Below are positions 53,201 through 64,000 of a stretch of DNA of 64,000 bases, in pieces (the first letter of the stretch is position 1; every line of letters starts with the position of its first letter). The translations under genes and the position numbers were made by a program. Origin of the DNA: Cenococcum geophilum (lineage: Eukaryota); NCBI GenBank assembly GCA_050273025.1, contig CP158636.1:1488001-1552000 (forward strand). Direction: 5' to 3'. Below the pieces are notes generated by a model. The model made no database searches and was not told the origin of the DNA. It saw only the letters and a list, made by a program, of their open reading frames with translations.

Positions 53201-56200
53201 ATTCTCGTTTATAGACAATCTAATTATATAGGCTTGCACGTCCCTTATACCGTGCTTATACCTTAATTAACTAAGTCGCTAATATAGGGTACCTTTCCTA
53301 TCTTAAGTAATTTAGTAAAGAGAGTGGTAATCTTACTACTTAGTATAGGCTATAGCTCTCGCCACACCCTGGCTAGTAGGCCGTCCCTTTTAAGAGCTTT
53401 ATCTGGGCTAGCCCTAAACACAGCTACTTTAACCTCGTGTTTGGCGATAGGCTCCTACGGCAATTAGTTGTAGCTAGTTATAGCTTCCTCCTCTTATTTG
53501 CATGGCGGTGGGACCGGAAAAAATACCTAGAGTAGTTCTCTTGCAATATTATAGTTCTCTATAATAACTTCTCCCTATCCTCTATCCTTCTTAATTAGTG
53601 GTATTTTAGTAAACGCGGATATAGCCTGCGGATTAAGGTATTTCAACGCTTTCTATATATTATTACTATTACTAAGGAATTTGTTCTAATAGAGCTTCCT
53701 ATATTGCCAAATAGTCCTATAAAAGAGCTTCTTCGCTTTTACTACAATATTATATAGCTTAGGGTTATCCCTTTCTTGCCTCTACATTGCGTTATTCCTA
53801 TTCCTCTAGTATATATATAACTTCCTTAGCATTATAAGGTCTTTGTTCCACTATCTTTTTATATATAGTAATAGTCTAGCCCGTTAGCAGTGTGCTTTAA
53901 GGGCTTTATTAACCCACCTATTAAGGTAGTCAACTATTTCGTTTATATCTTCTATAGGGAATCCTATCTCTTTCTATCGCTCCACGTCTTCTCGTATCTT
54001 GTCCTAGTTTATATTCTTAATAAGTAGCCTCTTTTAGCTCTCCTATATATCTATATTAACCTAAAAGCTAGTATAGATAGCTCTATAGTCTGATCCGTAC
54101 TTATACTCCTAAATAGCGCACTTTACTAGTTTACTTACTAGGCCCAGGGTTGCAAGCATAAGGTTAATTATTAATATTCGCCCCACGTCGCTTTTAAACG
54201 TAGGTATTTCTACTAAAAGTAGGCTTTAGAGTAACTAATCCGCCATAAAGTTAATAATTAGTATACTTTCTTCCTACGTTAATATAGTACTAATATAACT
54301 TCCTCCCTATAGCGGATTATGCCGATTAAAGTTACCTATAATTACTACCTTAGTGTATAGGTCGCGTAATAGTTTACCCTAAATTAGCCTATTAATTATC
54401 TCCAGTCTACTAAAGAGCTCCTCTAAGTTCTCTTCTTTAGTTCTCCTTAAATATCTATCTAGAATATATACCAACACAATTATAAGTCTCCTTTAGCTAA
54501 TATGCGCTACCACCGCCGTAATATCTACTAAATCTACCTACAGCTATATAGCTGCCAGCTCTCTAAATGCCTAGATATATAACCTAACTAGGGAATACTA
54601 CTACTACCTACCTATTAGGACGAACCTTATCCACTAGGGATTTAAGCTAGCTAGCACTACTTCCCTATTTAAGAGAAAGTAGTAAGGCTCCTGGCCTAGA
54701 ATAAAGTGGAAGTCTACTAGCGCTTTATTATTATATAGCGCATACTACGCCTCCCTATACTTCTTTATATTCGCCTAGAGGATCTAAAGTTCTCTATTTA
54801 TAGCGCTGTTATATAAGAATCCTGTCTATCTCTTTCCTATATACTAGGCATTTATAGTATAAGGCTTAGTAAGGACCCTAGCAGTTTACGTAGTGTAAAT
54901 TTACCGTCTTATACTAGAGATAGCCTTCCCACCTATACATTTCGTATATATTAGGTCGCGTGTAGTCTCTAGCCCTATATCTAAACCTTTTATATTTATA
55001 GCATGCTATAGGGGTATATCGCTCCTTAAATAGTGATATAATAATCGCGCCTCCCCTAAATAATACGTTGTCCGACGTAAGTAGCTTCTCTATATCCTCC
55101 TTTATTACCACTTTAATAATCACTAATACGTGCTAGCCGCGCGGCCTTAGTTGTCCTAGCCATTTCATTATACATACCTTTACCCCATTCTCTACCCTAA
55201 AGCGCTCTATAGCTAACTTACTTACTTTTCCGCTATTAATATTTATTACTAAAGGTACTTTAACCTAGTCTGCCTTAACTGTATACCACTTAAGTCTAAT
55301 AAGCCTCGCCCTAGGGATATACGGTTTAAGCTATTAAGCAATTATTTACTTAAACGTAGCTTCTTTATCTTTTTCCACTAAGAATCTAATAATACTTGCG
55401 TTGTCGCTTATTCGCCATACGCGGAAGTCCTTAAGTATAGCTCCCGTAAGCCCCTTAACATCCTTTATACCTTACGCAATAGTTTACTTTACTACTTTAG
55501 TAGTAGCTACCCTCTTTATTGCCTCTAAACCCGCTTAGCTAATATCTATTACTAGCTACTAATTAGGTTCCTTAGGGTTCCTGGCGCTTATTATTTATAG
55601 TAAGGTTATCTCTAACCCTGCCATACCTCTACTAGCCGCTATTAATGCCCATAATTATATTAGAGCTAAAAGAGTGTTTAATTATACTTGTAAGGACTAG
55701 ATAGCCTTTTAGAGTTTAGCATTTTACTTTTTAAGGCTTCGCTGTTCCAATTTAATATCTATAAAGTTATTTCTAATACTCTCAATAATGCTATTCTGGT
55801 TTGTGATAATATTGCTCTACTATACTATAGTTTCTTTAAGGCTTTTAATAAGTCGATAAAATTCGTTATAATTAATACCTCCTCCTTTATATTTAGGTGA
55901 GGTAGAGACTCTTACTATAGGGAATAGAGGCAGTATATACTGTATAGCTTATAGTCTGGTTTATAGTATGGTTATCTACTATTTAAACTATGCTAATATT
56001 TAGGCTTATATCCTTAGCGACTACTAGGCCTCTTATACCTTCGCGCTCGGTTTCTTTATACGTCTTAGTGAAGCTACTAGCGGGTCTAGAGGTAGTGTTG
56101 CTAATACGCGTTTAGGGGTTAAAGCAGCCATTAGGGCTCCGGGGCTTTGTTTAGTAGGCTGTAGGGGCCGCCTTATAGCGGGAACTAGCTAAACGAAAGA

Positions 56201-56277
56201 CTAGGATTTAATTAAAAGAATGTCTAAGATAAATATCCTCCTTTTAACCTATATAAGGGGGTAATATAAACGGGTCC
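47251..56277 (-). mobile_element. Tad1-like LINE copy A (3' tail 47251-47305; 5' half 53285-56277 with ORF1, endonuclease and RT start), split by gypsy with internal deletion
   Basis: ORF1 zinc-knuckle relic CYKYKRFRYRARDY; endonuclease IL*ANI, ILGQEP, IGNFNRHN, GSDYRAI. The 3' tail matches that of copy B. Confidence 0.85.
47306..53284 (+). mobile_element. Full-length chromoviral Ty3/gypsy retrotransposon, RIP-degraded
   Basis: 227-bp LTRs (47306-47532, 53058-53284); gag from 47741; protease; RT (LRFCIDY, YLDNI); RNase H; integrase (ISDCGPQF, GPYKI); chromodomain; PPT ggagggggggg. Confidence 0.95.
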
Positions 56278-56287
56278 TTACTACTAT

Positions 56288-59193
56288 ACGTATGTATATA
56301 TATATATATATTCTATTATAGCTATATACTATCTAGGGTATAGGCCGTTATAGAGCGCTAACTAAATACTTCCTACTATTAATATGCTTGCTCTAGTTTA
56401 GAAGCCAACTATAAGAACTATATATCTATTACCTAACACTATACTTAACTAAGGAAAAAATAAAGGAAAGTAATATGTTACTATTAAAGAAAGTTATAGT
56501 TTAGAGGTAAGCCTAAGTAAGTAGTTTTCGATGCCTTATATCTGTAGGGCTATTTTAGCATTATGCGCTTCTTAATTGGCGACGCACTAGTAGAGGCACG
56601 TGTAGAGAAGGCTCGCGGTGTATTCAGTTAAATAATTAGAAAAGGAATTCTTAAGAGTCTTTACTTATTAATGTTAGCTTCTATACTCTTTATATCTTAT
56701 ACACTTAGGTATAAACGTCTAGTCTCCTTTATAAATTTAATTATAGCTTTAACTACGCTAATGTCTAGCTTCTAGCGCTTAATTAGGCCGTTAATATTCC
56801 TACCTTCTTCTTATCTGTGTAAGTAGCCTCCTAATGCATATAATAGATCCCCAAATTAATCTCTATATTACTCTCTTAATTTAATCCTCTACTACGCCTA
56901 CCTCCTATAAGAGAAGAGGAAGTACTATATTAACTCTATAAGCCCGTAGTTATATAACGCCGTCTCTAATATATTAATTTTATAGAGATATTCCTTTAGA
57001 AATAACTTGCCGGTCTATAGCTATATAAGGATAGTAGCTTCTAAGCTAATTAGCTACTAGTATAATCCTACAGCCTTTCTAAGGTAGAGTACTGCGTTAA
57101 TCTTCTTTATAAACTTACCTGTATTAGATCTTCCTAATAAAAGCGGTCCTATTATTATCTCGGCTTTTTTTAACGCTTACGTTATAAGGTACCATAGGAG
57201 GCCGTCTCTCTATAGTGGCTCCTTACTCTCTAGTCTTGTTACTACTTTAGTAAGCTTATTAGCCTTCTTATTTCCTATAAATCCTAAGTAGCCTAAAATC
57301 TAATATAGCGTAATATTGTTTAGCTAAAGCTTCTTTAAGATCTCTATAACTATTTCCTAGCAGGCTCTAGCCCTCTAGCTTTATACTAATAGCAACGCTA
57401 ATTACAAGTTAGAGAATATTCTTATACTAAATGCAGGTATTGGAAAACCTGCTTAGTTAATAGCCGTGTACGTAGGGTCCCATAGCTAGTTAGCTGCCTT
57501 GTTAATTACTAGAAGCTCTATAAGGTAGGCGTCGGCCTAATTAGAGCTTACTACCGTTTTTAAAAGTATTGCTTTAGATGGCGTAGCATATATACTAACT
57601 CCTACCCTACTATTACGCATTAATATATTAACGTATATATTAACCTGCCCTAGCTTATAGTCTTTAATAATAGCTTAAGTATAATCTTTGTCCTTATATA
57701 TTACTATATTAGGCTTAGCTATTTACGGCGGGTATATATACGGTTTGACCTCTAGCACCCTATTTACCTAAATATCCTTATATATCTCTACTATCCTTTA
57801 GAGCGGCAATCGGTGCCATCTATAGAGCCTCTATCTTTAAATTATCTAATAGGGATATAATTTGCCTAGTTTATAGATTAATACCCAGAACGCGATAGCC
57901 TGGTTACGCAGCCTTTGCTTAAGAGGGAGTAAGCCAGCTTCTACTTCTGCTATTAATAGGGTAATAGAGCGGAACCCCCTAATAATAGCTTATACCGTAA
58001 TCCTTTGCGCCTACTAAAGGAGTTATATTAACTCTTATATCGCAAGTAGGTACCATATTAGCAATATATAGTCTACTACTAATAGAACTGAGCTCTTAGC
58101 TAGCTACTTAACGCTCTTAGACTATAGTCCCTTTAATCTGCGTAACGCTAGTACTACCTTAGTGGCTTTACCTACCTTATTTACTAAGTACGCCTTAAAC
58201 CATAGCTCCTTATTAAGGATTATCCTAAGGATTTTAACTTCCTAAGTTGGGGGGATCCCTTTTCCTTTAAATTAGAGTGGCGTGGTAGTATCCCTACCTA
58301 CTTCTTTATATCTAGTAAGGTAGATAAATAATGTTTTCTTCGCTTTAAATTAGGCTCTACTAGTTCTTTCCTATTTCTTAAGCATTGGTATAATCTCGCC
58401 CTAGATAATCTACGTATTTTCCTCCGCTATAGGGCCTATAACCTATACCAAGTAGTTATTAATAAAGGCTATAGAGCTGCTATTTCTGGGTGCGCTTTAT
58501 ATAAGATCCGCATTAAAGAATAAAAAAAGTATTAGGGCTAGTGCTAATCCCTACGGGAGACCCGCCTGCGGGAGCGCCTATACCTTTAATATATATCCGT
58601 TAACTAGGATATAGGCTTAACGGTTTATATAAAAGTCCTACACCTATTATATAATCATCTAAGGTATCTAACGCTGCCATAATCTCCTAATTTCCGGCTC
58701 TATGGCCATATTATTATACGCACCCTTAACATTAAATAATACTAAAGACAGCGTCTTCTTTCCTCTCTATGCTCTAAATACGTCCTTGTAGAGATACAAT
58801 AGTATATATATTGTCGACCTTTACTTCCTAGCTCCGAAGTGCGTCTTAGGTAGTAGGCTGTGTTCCTCCACTAAGTATGCTATCCTCTTTACTACTAGCG
58901 ATTTAAGTGCTTTTCCTAGCGTTGGGAGGAGGAAGATTGGCCTATAGTTATTTGCTACCATATAGTCCCCCCGCTTCGGCTTCTATAGTGGTATAATCTT
59001 TACTACCTTTTATTCCTGGGGTACCTTTCCTGTCTTAAGTAATTTGGTAAAGAGAGTAGTGATCTTACTACTTAGTACGGGCTATAGCTCTTGCCACACC
59101 CTAGCTAGTAGGCCGTCCCTTCTAGAAGCTTTATCTAGGCTAGCCCTAAATACAGCTACCTTGACCTCGTGTTTAGCGATAGGCTCCTATAGC
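56288..59193 (-). mobile_element. Tad1-like LINE copy B, 5'-truncated (RT, RNase H, 3' tail)
   Basis: RPIFLLPTLGK, FNVKGAYNN, GLP*GL, FINNY (=FVDD), *ILGYLGFIGNKKANK; decayed (TACA)n-like tail. 59017-59193 duplicates 53285-53461. Confidence 0.88.
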
Positions 59194-59547
59194 TCTCGCC
59201 ACCACATAAGGGTGTAGCCGGTGCGGGTCGGCTGCCCTTTTTGCTAGCGCTAGTAAACTGTAGAGAGCTTTAGGCGAATTCTTACGCTGGAAGTACTACT
59301 ACTTTTCCTGTACCTAAACAGCGTAGGGAAAGATTAAACGCCGGTTTGGCTAAACGTTTCTCCTAGCCGTATAGAAGACCACTTAGGTTTAGCACCTACA
59401 TTCTTAGCCTCGTTAAGCTGAAGATAGACTACTACCTTTCTACTTATAAGAGCGGCTCCGCAGCCTTGTGGAGTCCTAAGTATACTACTATATATTTTTT
59501 ATCGAATCTGGTCGCTTCACTAAGCCTTCCTGCTCACCCCTCTAGCT

Positions 59548-60480
59548 ATGCCCGAGTATAACCTCCGCCTACTCGCCCTCGATGGCGGCGGCGTCCGCGG
59601 CCTATCGACGCTTTAGATTTTAAAGCAGCTTATAGACACTATCGACCCAGAATCGCCGCCGAAGCCTTATAACTACTTCAACATAATTAGAGGCACCAGC
59701 ACTAGCGGGTCTGTCTATATTAATTACTTTACTAAATTTAAGGCTGACAAGAAGCGTAGGCTTATAGCAATTATACTCGGTTGGCTTTAGATGACGGTTG
59801 ATAAGTATATTAACGTATATGTCTCGCTATTAGATAGGATCTTCTAAAAGCAGAGACACTATATAACGATTAAAGGCCGGGTCTAAGGACGATTTAATTC
59901 GGATAAGCTGGAGTGCGCGATTAAAGAGATTGTTGCGAGGCAAGGTCTAGTAGAGGATGCGCTATTAAAGGACGCTCTGGATACAAATTGTAAAGTATAG
60001 GTAGTCGTCCACCCATATACGAGGCTGTAGTAACATTAATAAGTATAATGTAGATTTGTGTGTGTAATAAGTAACAAGACGGGCGATATAGTGCGACTTA
60101 CTAGCTACCGGTCACCACGCGGCTATAAATAACTGCTCCGCACGACTAAGATATAGGAAGCAGGCCGAGCAACGTCGGCAGCCTTATCCTTCTTCAATCT
60201 TATCACAATCGGCGATTTTAAGGAGAGTTTTATTAACAGGGCTATAGGGGCGAATAACCTGGTATATAAGGTGTAGAATAAAGCTCAAGATATATAGCTA
60301 TCTGGCTCGCTTAAAGACAAGATTAAGTGTTTAGTATTAATTGGGACTAGCGTTCCGTCGCTTACGCCGTTTAAGGACAATCTAATTAGTATTGGCCAAA
60401 GTCTTCTAGCGATTACTATAGAGACGGAAAAAACAGTAGAACGATTCTCCCGCGATAAATTAAGGCTAGACAACACGGGC
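59548..60480 (+). pseudogene. Patatin-like phospholipase domain gene, RIP-degraded and 3'-truncated
   Basis: LRLLALDGGGVRGLS, GTSTSG, EAGRATSAA, GANN, LIGTS; two GT-AG introns. Confidence 0.9.
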
Positions 60481-60612
60481 TCTGCTTCTTCCTATACGCG
60501 CTCCACTTCTTCTTATCTACGCTGCTCTTCTTATCGTCCGCGTTGCTCTTCTTGCCGTCTACATTACTCTTTAAGGAAAAGCTGTTTGTAATCAGGTGAC
60601 TGTTGGGCTATA
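60481..60612 (-). pseudogene. 5' fragment of a coiled-coil-led gene resembling the Spok-like/kinase-like family
   Basis: (M)AQQSPDYKQLFLKE*CRRQEEQRGR*EEQRR*EEVERV*EEAE, then an abrupt junction with the patatin. Family assignment rests on the N-terminus only. Confidence 0.45.
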
Positions 60613-61124
60613 TTATAGTGGCGATAATAATGATGACGGGAGAGCGTATAGGGGAGAGTTTTGTTTATAGTGGATGGGCGATTCAGGCGGAGCGGATTAA
60701 TAGAAACATTTAAATAGTTTTACTAATAATCCGGAACCCGTAATAAATAGCCAAGTTAAAGACGGATGTAAATTTTAAGCTCTATGCTAGCGTCCTCTTT
60801 AGCTTCGCTATATTTAAGCCTTATGCGTTATATATAAATCTAAATTAATAAGAAGCAAATCTTATAAAGATCCTAAAACTAGAAATAAAAGAAATATATA
60901 AGACTAGATCTAGAAACATTGAAGAAATTCCTATATAATAACTCCTATGAACTTTACAACGACTTAAAGCCCCCTTATATATACTAATAGTAGCTAGGAT
61001 ACTCTTATATTACTTTATATAGCAAGATGGAATTAATATATAACTAGGAATTATAAAAAAATCCTTCTTCTCTAATTACCTATTAATATAGGCAATGTAT
61101 TGTTTCTATAGCTTAGGACAGGTT

Positions 61125-63490
61125 TTAGATAGCCGCACTATAGCAATTAATTGTCCTGTATTCTTGAGGCAAGGTAGATAATATATACGTAATAGGACCT
61201 AAACTTTTAGGCATTCCCAAAGTTAATCCAGTATGACTTTTATAGGGCTCTTCTATTATTCTGCAGCGTACGTGGTCATCCTTTAGATATTTGATGTCTT
61301 TAAACATTAGACGTATAAGGTGGGTATCGGTGGTTAGTGGAGATAATTGCTTAGGAAGTATATCCTAGAAGGTCTATAGCTTCAAATTAAAAGGCTAATA
61401 AGATTCCGGATAGAACTCGTCTGTTTATATACCATCCTTTTCCGTAAATTTAAACTTTAACTCTCTATTATTTACTGCACTATATAGCATTTGCGTATCG
61501 TGTAATACTTCTATAAAGACTCTAACCTTTTAATGCTTGTTAAAATGTAATGAGTTATTATATAAGGAAAAGAAGGCCTTAAGTAAGGGATTAGGATTGG
61601 CGAGAGCCTTTTTCCGCTTTTATTTCTAGGTTTTCGCCGTTAGCATCTTTATCGCCCTATAAGAGTCTACTTGCCTCTTCACCACCTACTATACGCCTAG
61701 GCATACTAAACTTAGGCGGCAGGACTTAAAAATCCAATATTGCGCCGGACTATTTATACAACAATCACCTAGAAGCAGTAGGGTTAGTTATAAAAGCGTT
61801 CGGCATGGCGGCTGTAGTGGATTCTACGTTAAGCCTAATTGAGAACAACTGGTATAGTTATCCCAGGTGGCGCAAACCGGGCTAAGATATGCAGCTAGCG
61901 CCCGCCACATTATGCGGGTGTAATTAGCTTATCCCCTTGTGCAAAGCTGACGCATTTAAGTTCCCCTCCTTATATATCTTTCTGCTTAGCGTTATATTTA
62001 ATGGAATATAGGCCTATATATAGTGCTTTAGCCTTTCCAGATAGGGAAAGTACCCGAATAGGGCACATATATCTTTTAGGAGAGTTTTTTTCTCAAATAG
62101 GCGGGAGAGTATTCGACAAAGAGTTCGGGTTTATATCTTAAGAGTAGCTCTAGAGGTTTAAGCCAGCTTTCGCTTATTAGCTGATAGAATAAGAGTGGCT
62201 ATATTATTAAATTAAGTGGCCTAGTGGCGCTTTCCCGGAGCGTGCCCTAATACTATTATTATTTTAAAACGCCGCGGATTTAGAATATAGTCTATATATT
62301 CCCTTAAAAATAAGTCTCCTTAGCGGCCTTATAATAAATGTTCTAGCTATAGCGTGTTTAGAGAACCAGCGCAATAAACACGCGACCTTATTACTGATAA
62401 TATCGACACCTATAATACCAACACCTACGACACTAACATATACAATACCTGTGAAACCTATAACACCCAAAACACTTCCATTACCTCTTACGCCTAAAGC
62501 ACCTTAATAGCTTCCTCTATATTATACAGAACCAGAAGTAAGTCCTAGCCCAATAACTCTTTTACTGTCGCAATCTCACCTCTAAAAGTGCGTAATCTAT
62601 TAGGAAGAGCCTAAGGCTTATAATACCAGTTAGTTAGGAATGTTTATTAAATATCCTAGAGTAGAGTAAATAGATAGTCATCTTATATATAAGGCGTATA
62701 TTCTTATAGAAGGGGAAAAGGAGTGGAAAATATAGTCGATATATCCTTACTACTTTAACGTAGAAAGTGGGATAGAGGTACACTCTGATAATATTATGTG
62801 AAGATAGGGATACTGTGCAGCAAAGACAATCTATTATTTCGTTTAACTACTCCATAGTTCTTGCCTATAAATGCGCAACCCTAAACCTTTAGCGAAGGTA
62901 GTCCTATTATATATCCCGTGCTAATACAAAGGTGCTATATTCTAGCTTTATTACTATAGGTGCCTACTAACACCCACCAATGATCCATATCTTCCCTGAT
63001 TTTCCCCAGAATTATATAAATAGCATAACCAGCCTATAAATAACTGCGGTGTCCAAAGGGGTGGTCCTATCCCAGTAGAACTAGCGGCTAGGTAGTAAAC
63101 CTTTAAAAGAGGGCGGAAGAACCTCGTAGGGTTTATATTATGCCCATGGATTATAGCGTATTAATACTTTATTTACTTAGGGAAGAATATAATAGATGCG
63201 GAGGTAATAACCTAGTAGGATGTATGATTCTGGAGGACTAGCTTCCACTATAAGCTACACTAGTATATAAGCAAATTTTCATTCTATAAAGCTACAAATT
63301 CTTACCCCGATCTTACGCAGTTCGTCATATTTAGTTTCTAAGTACAAATTGTCGCACTTATGCTATAAACTACCGTCAGCTTATTCCTTAATTGGCGTAA
63401 GTATCTACTAAGGGGCTTTCTTTATCTGTCTTTATTAGTTTTGGTTTCTTAATAGGTGGATAAAGTTACCTATATCTCCTCCTCTATTAC
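61125..63490. pseudogene. Two or three unidentified RIP-degraded gene relics
   Basis: Protein-like frames broken mainly by TAA/TAG (minus 61125-61806, plus ~62000-62510, minus ~62620-63490). No recognisable motif. Confidence 0.3.
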
Positions 63491-64000
63491 CTCGTCAGAC
63501 TGACAATCTTCAATTTTAGTAAAGGTAGGGGAAGGGAGGTTAGGAGAGAGGAGAGGAGAAGGGAAGGGAATAGAAAGGAGAGTAGGAGAAGATAAAGCAG
63601 GAGAAGACACAGATTTCAATCTCTAATTAGGTTTAACGGTAACTATGCCGCAAGTAAATCTAAGAGAAGGCTTAGGGCTATTAAATCGGTCTTATAGAGG
63701 ACCTCTCTCTATACTAGCATTTGAAATTTTGTTTAAAAGTACAGCGGTAGGTATAGGAGAATGTAGGTAAAGAGGATAGTAGATAAGGAGGGATGCGGGC
63801 GAGGATTATAAGAACCCGTAAAAGGCGCCTATAAATCTATATAAGGCGCAAGCCCCAAATAGACGTGCATTTGGCACCGCATATTTTTATTAAAGGCTAT
63901 GCTAAATCCATTTTAATAACAGAAGTAGGCAAGGCTAAAACAATTATACCGTTATATCTTAATATATAAGCAATATATTGGGTATAGAAAAGCCGTTAGA

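Noticed and set aside
47191..59230. Possible inverted repeat between 47191-47217 and 59203-59232 around the LINE target
   Set aside because: Short, gapped and mismatched; cannot be distinguished from chance by eye.

Overview
Fungal (filamentous ascomycete-type) repeat-rich DNA, almost entirely decayed by RIP-like C>T/G>A mutation: CAA/CAG/TGG codons have become TAA/TAG, so the ORF track misses nearly all real coding relics. Mobile elements present: Ty1/copia fragments, a Helitron-like Rep/PIF1-helicase element, chromodomain Ty3/gypsy elements and solo LTRs, a PIF/Harbinger element, a MULE carrying a nested CACTA-like element with a 2-bp TSD, hAT- and Tc1/mariner-like MITEs, a gag-only mini LTR element, a piggyBac-like fragment, a tyrosine-recombinase (Ngaro/DIRS-like) retrotransposon, and two tandem Tad1-like LINEs that appear to share one target site. 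The only clearly intact host gene is a 5-exon cytochrome P450 (29957-31821, minus strand), divergent from a mutated methyltransferase. Other decayed genes (TPR/NLR-like, DUF7924-like, patatin, a Spok-like N-terminus, several hypotheticals) resemble accessory or Starship-type cargo, but no DUF3435 captain was recognised. All family calls come from manual translation and recalled motifs, not database searches.
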